A stretch of DNA of 64,000 bases from Alphaproteobacteria bacterium (GTDB lineage: Bacteria; Pseudomonadota; Alphaproteobacteria; SP197): contig OZ245842.1 in assembly GCA_965228895.1 (NCBI GenBank), positions 1,408,001-1,472,000 on the forward strand, in the 5' to 3' direction. This document shows, piece by piece, positions 42,041 to 51,033 of the stretch (the stretch's first letter is position 1; the number at the start of each line of letters is the position of its first letter). Under the pieces are notes generated by a model, which saw nothing but the letters and a program-made list of their open reading frames with translations, searched no databases and was not told the origin of the DNA. A program made the position numbers and the translations under genes.

Positions 42041-43188
42041 GTCTACGCGGCAAAACGGCAGCGGTTGGCGTCGGCCTGGCTGGTCTGGGCGAGGCGCCCG
42101 GCTATAGCCATCTCGATCTGATTGCCATGGCGGTCCAAGAGGCCCTCGATGAGGCCGGGCTGTCTATGAGCGATGTCGACGGCCTGTTCACGGCCAACCT
42201 GCAGAACGTCTTCGCGCCGCTCAATGTCGGTGAATACCTGGGCATCCGACCGAAAGTCAGCGACGGCACGCAGATCGGCGGATCGTCGCCGGTTGCCCAT
42301 TTGCTGTGGGCAGCGTTGGCGTTGGAGGCCGGGTTATGCGACGTCGCGCTGATCTGTTACGGCAGCAACCAGCGCAGCGCCGCCGGTCGGCTCTTATCAC
42401 CGTCGACGGGTGAACCGCTGATCTATGAAACGCCCTACGGCCCACGTTTTCCCATCAGTTCCTACGCGCTCGCTGCGTCACGCCATATGTATGACTACGG
42501 GACCACACGCGAGCAACTGGCAGGAGTCGCGGTTGCCGCGCGGCAATGGGCGGCGCTCAACCCGCAAGCCTTCATGCGTGATCCCCTGAGCGTCGAGGAT
42601 GTGCTGACCAGTCGTATGGTGTGCGACCCCCTGACCGTGCGCGATTGCTGCCTGGTGACCGATGGCGCCGGCGCGGTGGTCATGACGCGGTCCGATCGCG
42701 CTGCCTCCGGTCGAAAGCCGCCGGTCTATCTGTTGGGCGTCGGTCAGGCACACTGGCATCGGCAGATTTCTCAAATGCCCGACCTGACGATGACAGCGGC
42801 GACCGAGAGCGGTCCACGCGCTTTCGCAATGGCCGGCATTGGGCCAAAGGATATCGATGTCGCCGAACTCTATGATGCCTTCACCATCAACACGGTGCTG
42901 TTTCTGGAGGATCTCGGCTTCTGCCCGAAAGGCGAGGGCGGGCCTTTCGCTGCGAGCGGGGCGATCGCGCCGGGCGGCACGCTGCCGGTCAACACCAATG
43001 GCGGCGGTCTCTCCTGTGTTCATCCCGGCATGTACGGCATCTTCACGGTCATCGAGGCCATCCAACAACTGCGCGGCGAAGCGGGCGATCGCCAAGTGAA
43101 AGGCGCTCAAACGGCGGTGAGTCACGGCAATGGCGGCCATCTGTCCAGCCAGGTGACGGCGGTCTGGGGTGCGTCTGCGACGCTGTGA
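42037..43188 (+). CDS. Thiolase-like protein (SCP-x/Ltp2 type, lacking the N-terminal catalytic Cys)
   Basis: IGGSS in place of CASG, DCCLVTDG, LYDAFT, NTNGGGLS, HPG, QLRGEAG.RQV. Confidence 0.9.
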   Translation: MSLRGKTAAVGVGLAGLGEAPGYSHLDLIAMAVQEALDEAGLSMSDVDGLFTANLQNVFAPLNVGEYLGIRPKVSDGTQIGGSSPVAHLLWAALALEAGLCDVALICYGSNQRSAAGRLLSPSTGEPLIYETPYGPRFPISSYALAASRHMYDYGTTREQLAGVAVAARQWAALNPQAFMRDPLSVEDVLTSRMVCDPLTVRDCCLVTDGAGAVVMTRSDRAASGRKPPVYLLGVGQAHWHRQISQMPDLTMTAATESGPRAFAMAGIGPKDIDVAELYDAFTINTVLFLEDLGFCPKGEGGPFAASGAIAPGGTLPVNTNGGGLSCVHPGMYGIFTVIEAIQQLRGEAGDRQVKGAQTAVSHGNGGHLSSQVTAVWGASATL

Positions 43189-43246
43189 TACCTGGACCGC
43201 CATCGCTGCCCGTGGTGATATCCATGACAGTCAACCGGGAGGTTCC

Positions 43247-43957
43247 ATGGACGACTACAATTATGCGGCCTTTGCCCCGACGGACAAGGAGATGGAGAAG
43301 TTCTCGCGTTTCTTCGAGGCGCCCAACGCCGGCACCGTCGCGCCCGACTATGCGTTGGAGGACCTGGCGACCGGCGATGCGGTCCACCTGAAGGATCTGT
43401 GGAAACGCGACGCCGTCATCATGGAGTTCGGCAGCTACTCCTGAGCCTACTGCACCATGGCGGCCGCGGCGATGGAAGACATCGCCAGCCGGTACGCTGA
43501 TCGGTCCGTGCGATCGGTTTTCATCTATGTGCGCGAAGCTCACCCCGGCGAATTCCTGCCGCCTCATGACTCGATGGAGCGCAAGCGCGAGCACGCGCGC
43601 GCGTTTGTCGAAGAACAGAACATCGAACGTCCGGTCCTGGTCGATACGATCGACGGCGCCTGCCACAACGGTTATGGGCAACTGCCCAACATGACATGGA
43701 TCATCGGGCGCGGTGGTCTGATCCTCTATAAGGCGGCATGGACCAGACCGGACGACGTCGAGGCGGCGTTAGAGGAATGCCTGGGCGGATACATGCGTCG
43801 GCGCCAGGACGAACTGATGCCCGCTTACGCCGAGCGTCTTATCTGGCGTGCGGAGGAAAATGATCGCTTCATCGAGATCTGCAAGCGTGCTGGACCGCAA
43901 GCCATCGCGGACATGTTTGGTGAAGAAGCCGCGAGGAAAGCTTTTGAGAACGATTAG
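43247..43957 (+). CDS. Iodothyronine deiodinase-like thioredoxin-fold selenoprotein (Sec at codon 66, UGA 43442-43444; 236 aa)
   Basis: GGGAGG SD and ATG at 43247. ORFs 43169-43444 and 43457-43957 share one frame and are separated only by a TGA. The joined protein has APD..L, FGSYS-U-AYC, IYVREAHP, PVLVDT, YG.LP...II...G.ILYK; a SECIS-like hairpin follows. Confidence 0.85.
43462..43490 (+). promoter_or_regulatory. Bacterial SECIS-like hairpin
   Basis: Perfect 7-bp stem GGCGATG (43468-43474)/CATCGCC (43480-43486) with loop GAAGA starting with G, 30 nt after the UGA; extendable by GC or GGC/GCC pairs. Confidence 0.7.
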
Positions 43958-45386
43958 AGTCGGCGTCGCCTGTGTCCTGTCGGCACTCTTTTTCTCTTCT
44001 GTGGCAGGCATTTCCACCCGCGCGGATGATGCTGATATCGCCGCTCGTTACCTGCTGGTCGCCTATGATCCGCTCAACGATCAGACGACAACGCTCGCCA
44101 GGGCGATTGTGGATCGGCCCGATGCATCCTGCCCGGTTTTCGAGCTAGTCGGTGAGGACGGCGGTGCAACGACCGAGCTCGCGACAGCCATCCGCCAAAA
44201 CCCCGACCGCGAGGCTTTTCCGGTAACCGTGTGCGAGGCGGTTGTGCCACCGGGGCATCAGGCGACTGTCGGCGGTGTGCCGTTGCCGGTCTTCAAGCCC
44301 GACCCCGAGCATGTGGTCATCGTCGGCGACAGCGGTTGCAACGGCGGCGATAAACAGAATTGCGATTACGCCTGGGCGTTTCCGGGAATCGCCGACCACG
44401 CTGCAGCGAACCGTCCCGACCTCGTTATCCACGTTGGCGACTGGAACTATCGGGGGACGCAGAAAACAACGGTCGACGGTGAAGCGACCTATGACAGTTG
44501 TCTGCCTGACCCCGGCAAGCCCTGGGTCGACTCGACAGCAGACGATACGTGGCAGACATGGTCTGCGGACGTGTTCATGGCTGCCGCGCCGCTAATGGCC
44601 GTAGCGCCCTGGATCGTCGCGCGTGGCAATCATGAATTGTGCAGCCGCGGCGGCCGTGGCTGGTTCTATTTCCTGGATCCCCGTTCGACATTGCTTGATC
44701 CGTACCGCGCCGTTCCGACCTGCAACGGTCCGACGGTGCAGACCGATCCCTATGCGCTCGATCTCGGCAACCTGCAGATTGTCGTTTTTGACTCGGCCAA
44801 TGCCTGTGATGAGGCGGCTTATGAGGACGAAATGGCGCTTGCCTATCAGGCACGCATCTATGCACGTTTGTTCGACAGTGTCGCTACGTTGATCGGCGAA
44901 GGTGACAAGCCCGTATGGCTGCTGACGCATCACCCCATCTGGTCGGCCGTGCGTTATGCCGGGGAACCCGATTTGGTTACGGTGAACCTGACCCTGCAGA
45001 ACGGACTCAGGCAATCGCTCGCCGCGTCGCTGCCCGCGGCCGTTAAGCTGGTGCTCAGCGGGCACGTGCACGAATTCCAATCGATCACCTTTGACAGTGA
45101 CCGTCCGCCGCAACTGATGGTGGGGAATTCGGGCGTGAAGATGGACGCCAACTTGCTCGACAACCCCTATGTTGTCGAGATTGATGGGCAGACGGCGACG
45201 GGGCTGGCCCTTTCGGCAAGGAACGGGCCGGACACCTACGGCTACTTAGAGGCCAGGATCGGCGAGGATGGCACCATGGCTGGAAGTCTCTACGGGTTCG
45301 CGCCCGATGGCATGGCGACGGGAGAGATCACGGCGACCTGTGCACTTCCGGTGCGCGAGGACGGATTGTGCCGTCTGACCCCTTAG
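43944..45386 (+). CDS. Secreted calcineurin-like metallophosphoesterase
   Basis: Signal peptide, then GDSG, HVGDWNY, RGNHE, THHP, SGHVH; TTG at 43944 after GAGG overlaps the selenoprotein 3' end. Confidence 0.85.
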   Translation: MRTIRVGVACVLSALFFSSVAGISTRADDADIAARYLLVAYDPLNDQTTTLARAIVDRPDASCPVFELVGEDGGATTELATAIRQNPDREAFPVTVCEAVVPPGHQATVGGVPLPVFKPDPEHVVIVGDSGCNGGDKQNCDYAWAFPGIADHAAANRPDLVIHVGDWNYRGTQKTTVDGEATYDSCLPDPGKPWVDSTADDTWQTWSADVFMAAAPLMAVAPWIVARGNHELCSRGGRGWFYFLDPRSTLLDPYRAVPTCNGPTVQTDPYALDLGNLQIVVFDSANACDEAAYEDEMALAYQARIYARLFDSVATLIGEGDKPVWLLTHHPIWSAVRYAGEPDLVTVNLTLQNGLRQSLAASLPAAVKLVLSGHVHEFQSITFDSDRPPQLMVGNSGVKMDANLLDNPYVVEIDGQTATGLALSARNGPDTYGYLEARIGEDGTMAGSLYGFAPDGMATGEITATCALPVREDGLCRLTP

Positions 45387-45398
45387 GCGAGCCTGCGA

Positions 45399-45428
45399 CC
45401 CAATGATCGTTTGAGAACGATCGTTGGG
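45399..45428. terminator. Inverted repeat after the metallophosphoesterase gene (possible terminator or operator)
   Basis: CCCAATGATCGTT-TGAG-AACGATCGTTGGG; no U-tract. Confidence 0.35.
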
Positions 45429-45469
45429 ACCGGCTAGAGTGCCCGGCAGCGTGTAACAAGGGGTGCCTG

Positions 45470-47551
45470 ATGGGTCGTGATCCACATTATGACGTGCTGT
45501 TCGAACCGGTAGAGATCGGGCCGGTCACGGCGCGGAACCGTTTCTATCAGGTGCCCCATTGCAACGGGATGGGCGTCCAATACCCAAGCGCCATGGCCGC
45601 GATGCGCGGCGTCAAGGCCGAAGGCGGCTGGGCGGTTATCTGTACCGAAGAGTGCGACTTTCACGTCACCGGCGACGTGACGCCGGCAATCGAGGCGCGA
45701 TTGTGGAGCGAGCAGGACATTCCGATCATGGCGCGCATGACCGAGGCCGTGCACCTGCACGGTGCGCTGGCCGGTTGCGAGTTGGTCTATGGCGGCCCGG
45801 CCGGTCACAACCGTCAGTCGCGCGAGATCCCCATGGCGCCGTCTGCCATGCCGGTGTTTGGCTCGGAGCCGGGCCATGCGCGCGCCATGGACAAGACCGA
45901 CATCAAGAACTTCCGGCGATGGCACCGTCAGGCGGCACTGCGTGCGCGCGATGCCGGTTTCGATCTGGTCTATGTCTATGCCGGTCATAACCTGTGCCTG
46001 ATGCAGCACTTCATTTCGCGCCGCTACAACCAGCGCACCGACGAATATGGCGGAAGCATCGAAAACCGTACGCGGCTGATGCGCGAAGTGATCGAAGACA
46101 CCAAGGAGGTGGTCGGCGATACCATGGCGGTCGCCGTCAGGTTCGCGGTCGACGAACTGGCCGGCGATCAAGGCATCACGGCCAGTGGCGACGGTGAGGC
46201 CGTGGTCGAACTTCTCGCCGAGATGCCCGATCTGTGGGACGTCAATGTCAGCGAATGGCCGAACGATTCCCAGACCGCACGGTTCGCCGAAGAAGGGTTT
46301 CAGGAAGAGTTCATCGGCTTCGTCAAAAGCAAGACGTCGAAGCCGGTGGTTGGCGTCGGCCGCTATACCAGCGCCGACCGTATGGTTAGTCTTGTGAACA
46401 AGGGTGTCATGGATATGATCGGCGCGGCGCGGCCGTCGATTTCAGATCCCTTCCTGCCCAAGAAGATCGAGGAGGGGCGCATCGACGACATCCGCGAATG
46501 CATCGGCTGCAACATCTGCGTGTCCGGTGACTTCATGTACATGCCCATGCGCTGCACCCAGAACCCGACCAAGGGCGAGGAGTGGCGCCGAGGCTGGCAC
46601 CCCGAAAAGATCGCGCCGAAGGCAAGCGACTCAAGCGTGCTGATCGTTGGCGCCGGACCGGCCGGCCTGGAATGCGCGCGTGCGCTGGGCGAACGCGGTT
46701 ATCCCGTATCGCTTGCCGAGGCGGGGACCGAACTGGGTGGCCATGTCAATGCGGTCAGTTTGTTGCCGGGATTGTCGTCGTGGGCGCGGGTGCGCGATTA
46801 CCGCGTCGGTCAGATCCAGAAGATGCCGGGCGTCGAGGTGTTTCTCGACAGCAAACTCGGTGCCGATCACGTGCGCGAGTTCGGGTTCGACCATGTCGTG
46901 TTGGCGACCGGGTCGTCTTGGGCGCGCGACGGACTAGGCGAAACCCATCGTAGTCCCATACCAGGCGCCGACCACGATCACGTGCTGACGCCCGATGACG
47001 TGATCGGTGGCCGTGCGATCGACGGGCCGGTCGTGATCTTCGACGACGACCATTATTTCATGGCGAGTGTTCTGGCGGAAAAGCTTCGCGCCGACAGCCA
47101 TGATGTTACTTATGTCACGCCGGCCGCCGACGTCGCGACCTGGACCCATAACACGATGGAGCAGCCACGCATTCAGACCCGCTTGTTGGAACTTGGCGTG
47201 GTCGTGCGTACAGCGAAAAGCCTCGCGGCGATCGGCGATCAGGATGCTGAACTGGCGTGTGTGTATACCGGAAGGCGCGAGACGATTGCGGCCGGCGGCG
47301 TCGTACTTGTCACGATGCGCACGCCCCACGACGCGCTCTATCACGAACTAGCGGGTGATCAGGCCGCCCTTGACGCCGCCGGCATACGGTCGGTGACGCG
47401 CATTGGCGACTGTCTGGCGCCCGGTTTGATTGCCGCTGCCGTTTATGGCGGCCACAAATATGCGCGGGAGCTCGATGCGCCCGCACCGATTGATGAGGTT
47501 CCGTTTCGCCGTGAAATCCTTGAACTCAGCAACGACTGGCCGGTGCTCTGA
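45470..47551 (+). CDS. Histamine/trimethylamine dehydrogenase-family flavoprotein, copy 1
   Basis: RFYQVPHCNG (cysteinyl-FMN Cys), YAGH, RTDEYGGS.ENR, ECIGCNIC...CTQNP [4Fe-4S], GAGPAGLE. Confidence 0.93.
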   Translation: MGRDPHYDVLFEPVEIGPVTARNRFYQVPHCNGMGVQYPSAMAAMRGVKAEGGWAVICTEECDFHVTGDVTPAIEARLWSEQDIPIMARMTEAVHLHGALAGCELVYGGPAGHNRQSREIPMAPSAMPVFGSEPGHARAMDKTDIKNFRRWHRQAALRARDAGFDLVYVYAGHNLCLMQHFISRRYNQRTDEYGGSIENRTRLMREVIEDTKEVVGDTMAVAVRFAVDELAGDQGITASGDGEAVVELLAEMPDLWDVNVSEWPNDSQTARFAEEGFQEEFIGFVKSKTSKPVVGVGRYTSADRMVSLVNKGVMDMIGAARPSISDPFLPKKIEEGRIDDIRECIGCNICVSGDFMYMPMRCTQNPTKGEEWRRGWHPEKIAPKASDSSVLIVGAGPAGLECARALGERGYPVSLAEAGTELGGHVNAVSLLPGLSSWARVRDYRVGQIQKMPGVEVFLDSKLGADHVREFGFDHVVLATGSSWARDGLGETHRSPIPGADHDHVLTPDDVIGGRAIDGPVVIFDDDHYFMASVLAEKLRADSHDVTYVTPAADVATWTHNTMEQPRIQTRLLELGVVVRTAKSLAAIGDQDAELACVYTGRRETIAAGGVVLVTMRTPHDALYHELAGDQAALDAAGIRSVTRIGDCLAPGLIAAAVYGGHKYARELDAPAPIDEVPFRREILELSNDWPVL

Positions 47552-47553
47552 CC

Positions 47554-49623
47554 ATGACACGCGATCCCCGTTACGACGTCCTCTTCGAACCCGTTCAAAT
47601 CGGACCGGTTACCGCGCGCAACCGGTTCTATCAGGTGCCCCATTGCAACGGCATGGGCCGCACCTTCCCGTCCAGCATGGCGCGCATGCGAGGCGTCAAG
47701 GCCGAGGGCGGCTGGGCGGTCATTGCGACCGAGCAGATCGATATCCATCCAACGGCAGACATTACGCCGGCGACCGAAGGCCGGCTGTGGTCGGACGAGG
47801 ACATCCCCTATCTCGCGCGCATGTGCGATGCGGTGCATGAGCACGACTCCCTGGCGCTGATCGAACTGACCCACAACGGCAAATACGTGACCAATGCCTA
47901 TAGTCGCGAGGTGCCAATCTTCGTCAACCATATGCCCGTGGTCGGCACGTTCCCGGTGCAGGCACGCGCCATGGACAAAGAAGACATCCGGAACTACCGG
48001 CGCTGGCATCTGGATGCGGTCAAACGGTCGAAGAAAGCGGGGTTCGACATCGTCTGCTGCTACGCCGCCCACAATTTGTCGCTCGCCGGTCAGTTCATGC
48101 TGCGCCGTTACAACCACCGCACCGACGAGTATGGCGGCAGCCTGGAAAATCGCGTGCGACTGTTCCGGGAGATCATGGAGGAAGCGAAGGACGCGGTTGG
48201 CGACACCATGGGTGTGGTCGCGCGTTTCGCAGTCGATGAACTTCGCGGCGATGAAGGCATGGAGTGGGACAAGGAAGGCCGCGAGATCATCGAGATGTTG
48301 GCCGAACTGCCCGATCTCTGGGACGTCAATGTTGCGGAGTGGCACAACGATTCGCAGACCAGCCGGTTTTCCGAAGAAGGTTTTCAGGAGCCGTTCATCG
48401 AGTTCGTCAAAAAGGTGACGACCAAGCCGGTTGTCGGCGTCGGCCGCTACACGTCCGCCGACCGCATGGTCTCCGTCATCAACAAGGGCATCATGGACAT
48501 GATCGGCGCGGCGCGGCCGTCGATCGCCGATCCTTTCCTGCCCAAAAAGATCGAAGAGGGTCGCATCGAGGACATCCGCGAGTGCATCGGCTGTAACATC
48601 TGCGTCAGCTGGGACATTTCGACCGCGCCCATGCGCTGCACCCAGAACCCGACCAAGGGGGAGGAATGGCGCAAGGGTTGGCACCCCGAGCAAATCGAGC
48701 CGAAGACGACGGACGATACGGTCCTCGTCGTCGGCGCCGGGCCGGCCGGCCTCGAAGCCGCGTGGGCGCTTGGCCAGCGCGGCTACGATGTGACGCTGGC
48801 TGATGCTTCGGAGGAACCGGGCGGCCGTGTGACGTGCGAAAGCAAGCTGCCGGGGTTGAGCGCTTGGGCCCGCGTTCGCGACTACAGAATCTATCAGATC
48901 CAGCAAATGCCGAACGTCATGCTGTATCCGGCAAGTTCCTTGGATGCGGCGCAAATTCTGGAGTTTGGCGCGACCAGCGTGGCCATCGCCACTGGCGCGA
49001 CGTGGCGCCGGGATGGCTATGGGCGCGCGCACCAGTTTCCGATTCCCGGCACCGAAGGCGCCAACGTCTTTACGCCGGACGACATCATGGCCGGTACCAC
49101 ACCGGCGGGACCGGTGCTGGTCTACGACGACGACCACTACTACATGGGCGGCCTGATTGCCGAGCAGCTGCGCGCTGACGGTACCGATGTCATCCTCGTG
49201 ACGCCTGAGGTTAAGATTTCGGCCTGGACCGACCAGACCCTGGAACAAAGCCGCATTCAGGCGCGTGTGATGGAGAGCGGGATCGATATTGTCCTCAGCC
49301 ACACCTTGCGTGCCATCGGGGAGAGCGAGGTCACACTAGCGTGTGGCTATACGCAACACGAACGCAAGGTGGCGGCATCCTCTGTCGTCATGGTGACGTC
49401 ACGTCAGCCGGTCGATCAGCTGTATTGGGATCTGGTTGCCGATCAGCAGGCCTTGTCCGATGCCGGGATCACGTCGGTGCGCCGCATCGGCGATTGTTAC
49501 GGGCCGGCGACAATTGCGGCGGCGGTGTACGAAGGACATCGCTATGCGCGTGAACTCGGCGCAAAACCTGCAGGTGACATACCGTTTCGCCGTGAGTTGA
49601 CGGAGCTGTCAGCCGACTTTTGA
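47554..49623 (+). CDS. Histamine/trimethylamine dehydrogenase-family flavoprotein, copy 2
   Basis: Same motifs as copy 1 (RFYQVPHCNG, YAAH, ECIGCNIC..CTQNP); starts 2 nt after the copy 1 stop. Confidence 0.93.
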   Translation: MTRDPRYDVLFEPVQIGPVTARNRFYQVPHCNGMGRTFPSSMARMRGVKAEGGWAVIATEQIDIHPTADITPATEGRLWSDEDIPYLARMCDAVHEHDSLALIELTHNGKYVTNAYSREVPIFVNHMPVVGTFPVQARAMDKEDIRNYRRWHLDAVKRSKKAGFDIVCCYAAHNLSLAGQFMLRRYNHRTDEYGGSLENRVRLFREIMEEAKDAVGDTMGVVARFAVDELRGDEGMEWDKEGREIIEMLAELPDLWDVNVAEWHNDSQTSRFSEEGFQEPFIEFVKKVTTKPVVGVGRYTSADRMVSVINKGIMDMIGAARPSIADPFLPKKIEEGRIEDIRECIGCNICVSWDISTAPMRCTQNPTKGEEWRKGWHPEQIEPKTTDDTVLVVGAGPAGLEAAWALGQRGYDVTLADASEEPGGRVTCESKLPGLSAWARVRDYRIYQIQQMPNVMLYPASSLDAAQILEFGATSVAIATGATWRRDGYGRAHQFPIPGTEGANVFTPDDIMAGTTPAGPVLVYDDDHYYMGGLIAEQLRADGTDVILVTPEVKISAWTDQTLEQSRIQARVMESGIDIVLSHTLRAIGESEVTLACGYTQHERKVAASSVVMVTSRQPVDQLYWDLVADQQALSDAGITSVRRIGDCYGPATIAAAVYEGHRYARELGAKPAGDIPFRRELTELSADF

Positions 49624-49642
49624 CCGAATGGCATGGTGACGG

Positions 49643-50140
49643 CTAGGAGGCGGAAAGCAGCGCCAAGTCGTTCCACATGATCTTCACGTGGAGGAGGTCG
49701 TGGCCGAAGATGGGTTTTGTCTTGGTTTCGACTTCCTGACCCCCGAGCCTTTCGTAGAACGCCCTGGCACGTCGGTTGTCCTCCAGCACCCAGAGGTGAG
49801 CAATCTTGTGGCCACGGCAACCAAGCTCTTGCGCGGCATGCCCCATGAGTTGCTGGCCAAGACCTTTGGATCGATGCTCCGGGAGCACGTGGAGATTGTC
49901 GATGAAGGGATCGGGACGGCACCATACCGCGATGAAACCGATGATGTCCGGGTCTTCGGCAACCAGCATGACATCGTCGTCGCCGACGGTCTGGTTACGC
50001 CATTGCCGGGCGAGGTCGTCGCCGACGTCATTTTCCAGGTAGCTCGCCGGCAAGATGCCGCGATAGGCCTCGCGCCAGCTCATGGCGTGTACGTCCGCGA
50101 TTGCGGGCCTGTCGGTCTGTATGGCCGGTCGTATGATCAT
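49643..50140 (-). CDS. GNAT family N-acetyltransferase
   Basis: H..SWREAYRG, LHVLPEHRSKGLG, LWVLEDN.RARAFYERLG. Confidence 0.9.
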   Translation of the reverse strand: MIIRPAIQTDRPAIADVHAMSWREAYRGILPASYLENDVGDDLARQWRNQTVGDDDVMLVAEDPDIIGFIAVWCRPDPFIDNLHVLPEHRSKGLGQQLMGHAAQELGCRGHKIAHLWVLEDNRRARAFYERLGGQEVETKTKPIFGHDLLHVKIMWNDLALLSAS

Positions 50141-50247
50141 GCGTCAGATCGATCGCTGTCCCGTTGTGGGTCTAAGATGGCCAAGCATGTGGCACGGCGG
50201 CAACGGTTAGATTGTTATCGTGACAATGCGGCCGGCATCCTGTCAGT

Positions 50248-51033
50248 GTGTCGCACGATTTGACGCGAGTTTCCGTCAGTATCGGGCGCAAGAACGGTAT
50301 CTTGATCTGTCTGGCCGGCGCCTTTGCCGGTTACGTGCTGACCATCCTCGCCGTCATCTTCGGCAGTCTGTTGCTGATGGTGCTGGGGCACTTGGTCACC
50401 GGGTTCACGGCCGGCAGCATACCGATCGCCCAAGCAGCACTGGCGGATCTCAGCGATGATGACGCGACTATGACACGCAACATGGGTAATAGCGTCGCGG
50501 CGTTGAGTGTCGGCCTGGTCGCGGGGCCAATTCTGACCGGTGTCCTCTCGGACAGCGCACTGCTCGGCAGCATCGCGTCGCTCAATCTGCCGTTCATTGC
50601 CGCGATGGCGCTCGTTCTTGTCGCGGGTTTCCTGATCGTCTTTTTCTTCGACGACAAGCTCAAAGAACGGGCGCCGCTCAAGATCGGCCCGCTTGATGTG
50701 TTCCGTCAGCTTTGGCGGGCAACACAGATCCCCGTCGTGCTACGGATTTCGCTCGTCTTTTTCTTTTTCATGCTCGTCTGGAACACGTGCTTCGTGTTCA
50801 TCGACAATCTGCTGTCCAGCCGGTTTGGCATCAGCACGCTGGGCACGAGCTTGGCGTTGCTGGTCTTTGGGGCCGCGCTGATCGTGTCGAGCTCGCATCT
50901 GGTCGCCATCGACATTCGATCGCCTTTCTATGTCGCGATGGGGTCAGGCCTGCTGTCCCTCATGCTGATTGCGATCGTCTGGCGGGCGCCGGCCGTCAGG
51001 GCGATCTTGCGGACGGATCAAAACGGCTCATGA
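50248..51033 (+). pseudogene. Truncated TetA-like MFS transporter remnant
   Basis: Starts at about motif A (SIGRK) with no TM1-2; has AGSIPIAQAALAD and GLVAGP; jumps from SSHLV to IDIRSPFY, suggesting loss of later helices; only 261 aa. Confidence 0.6.

Noticed and set aside
43169-43957. Two separate small ORFs (43169-43444 and 43457-43957) or a nonsense pseudogene
   Set aside because: The stop sits exactly at the deiodinase Sec position, both halves are needed for the fold, a SECIS-like hairpin follows, and 43457 has no SD.
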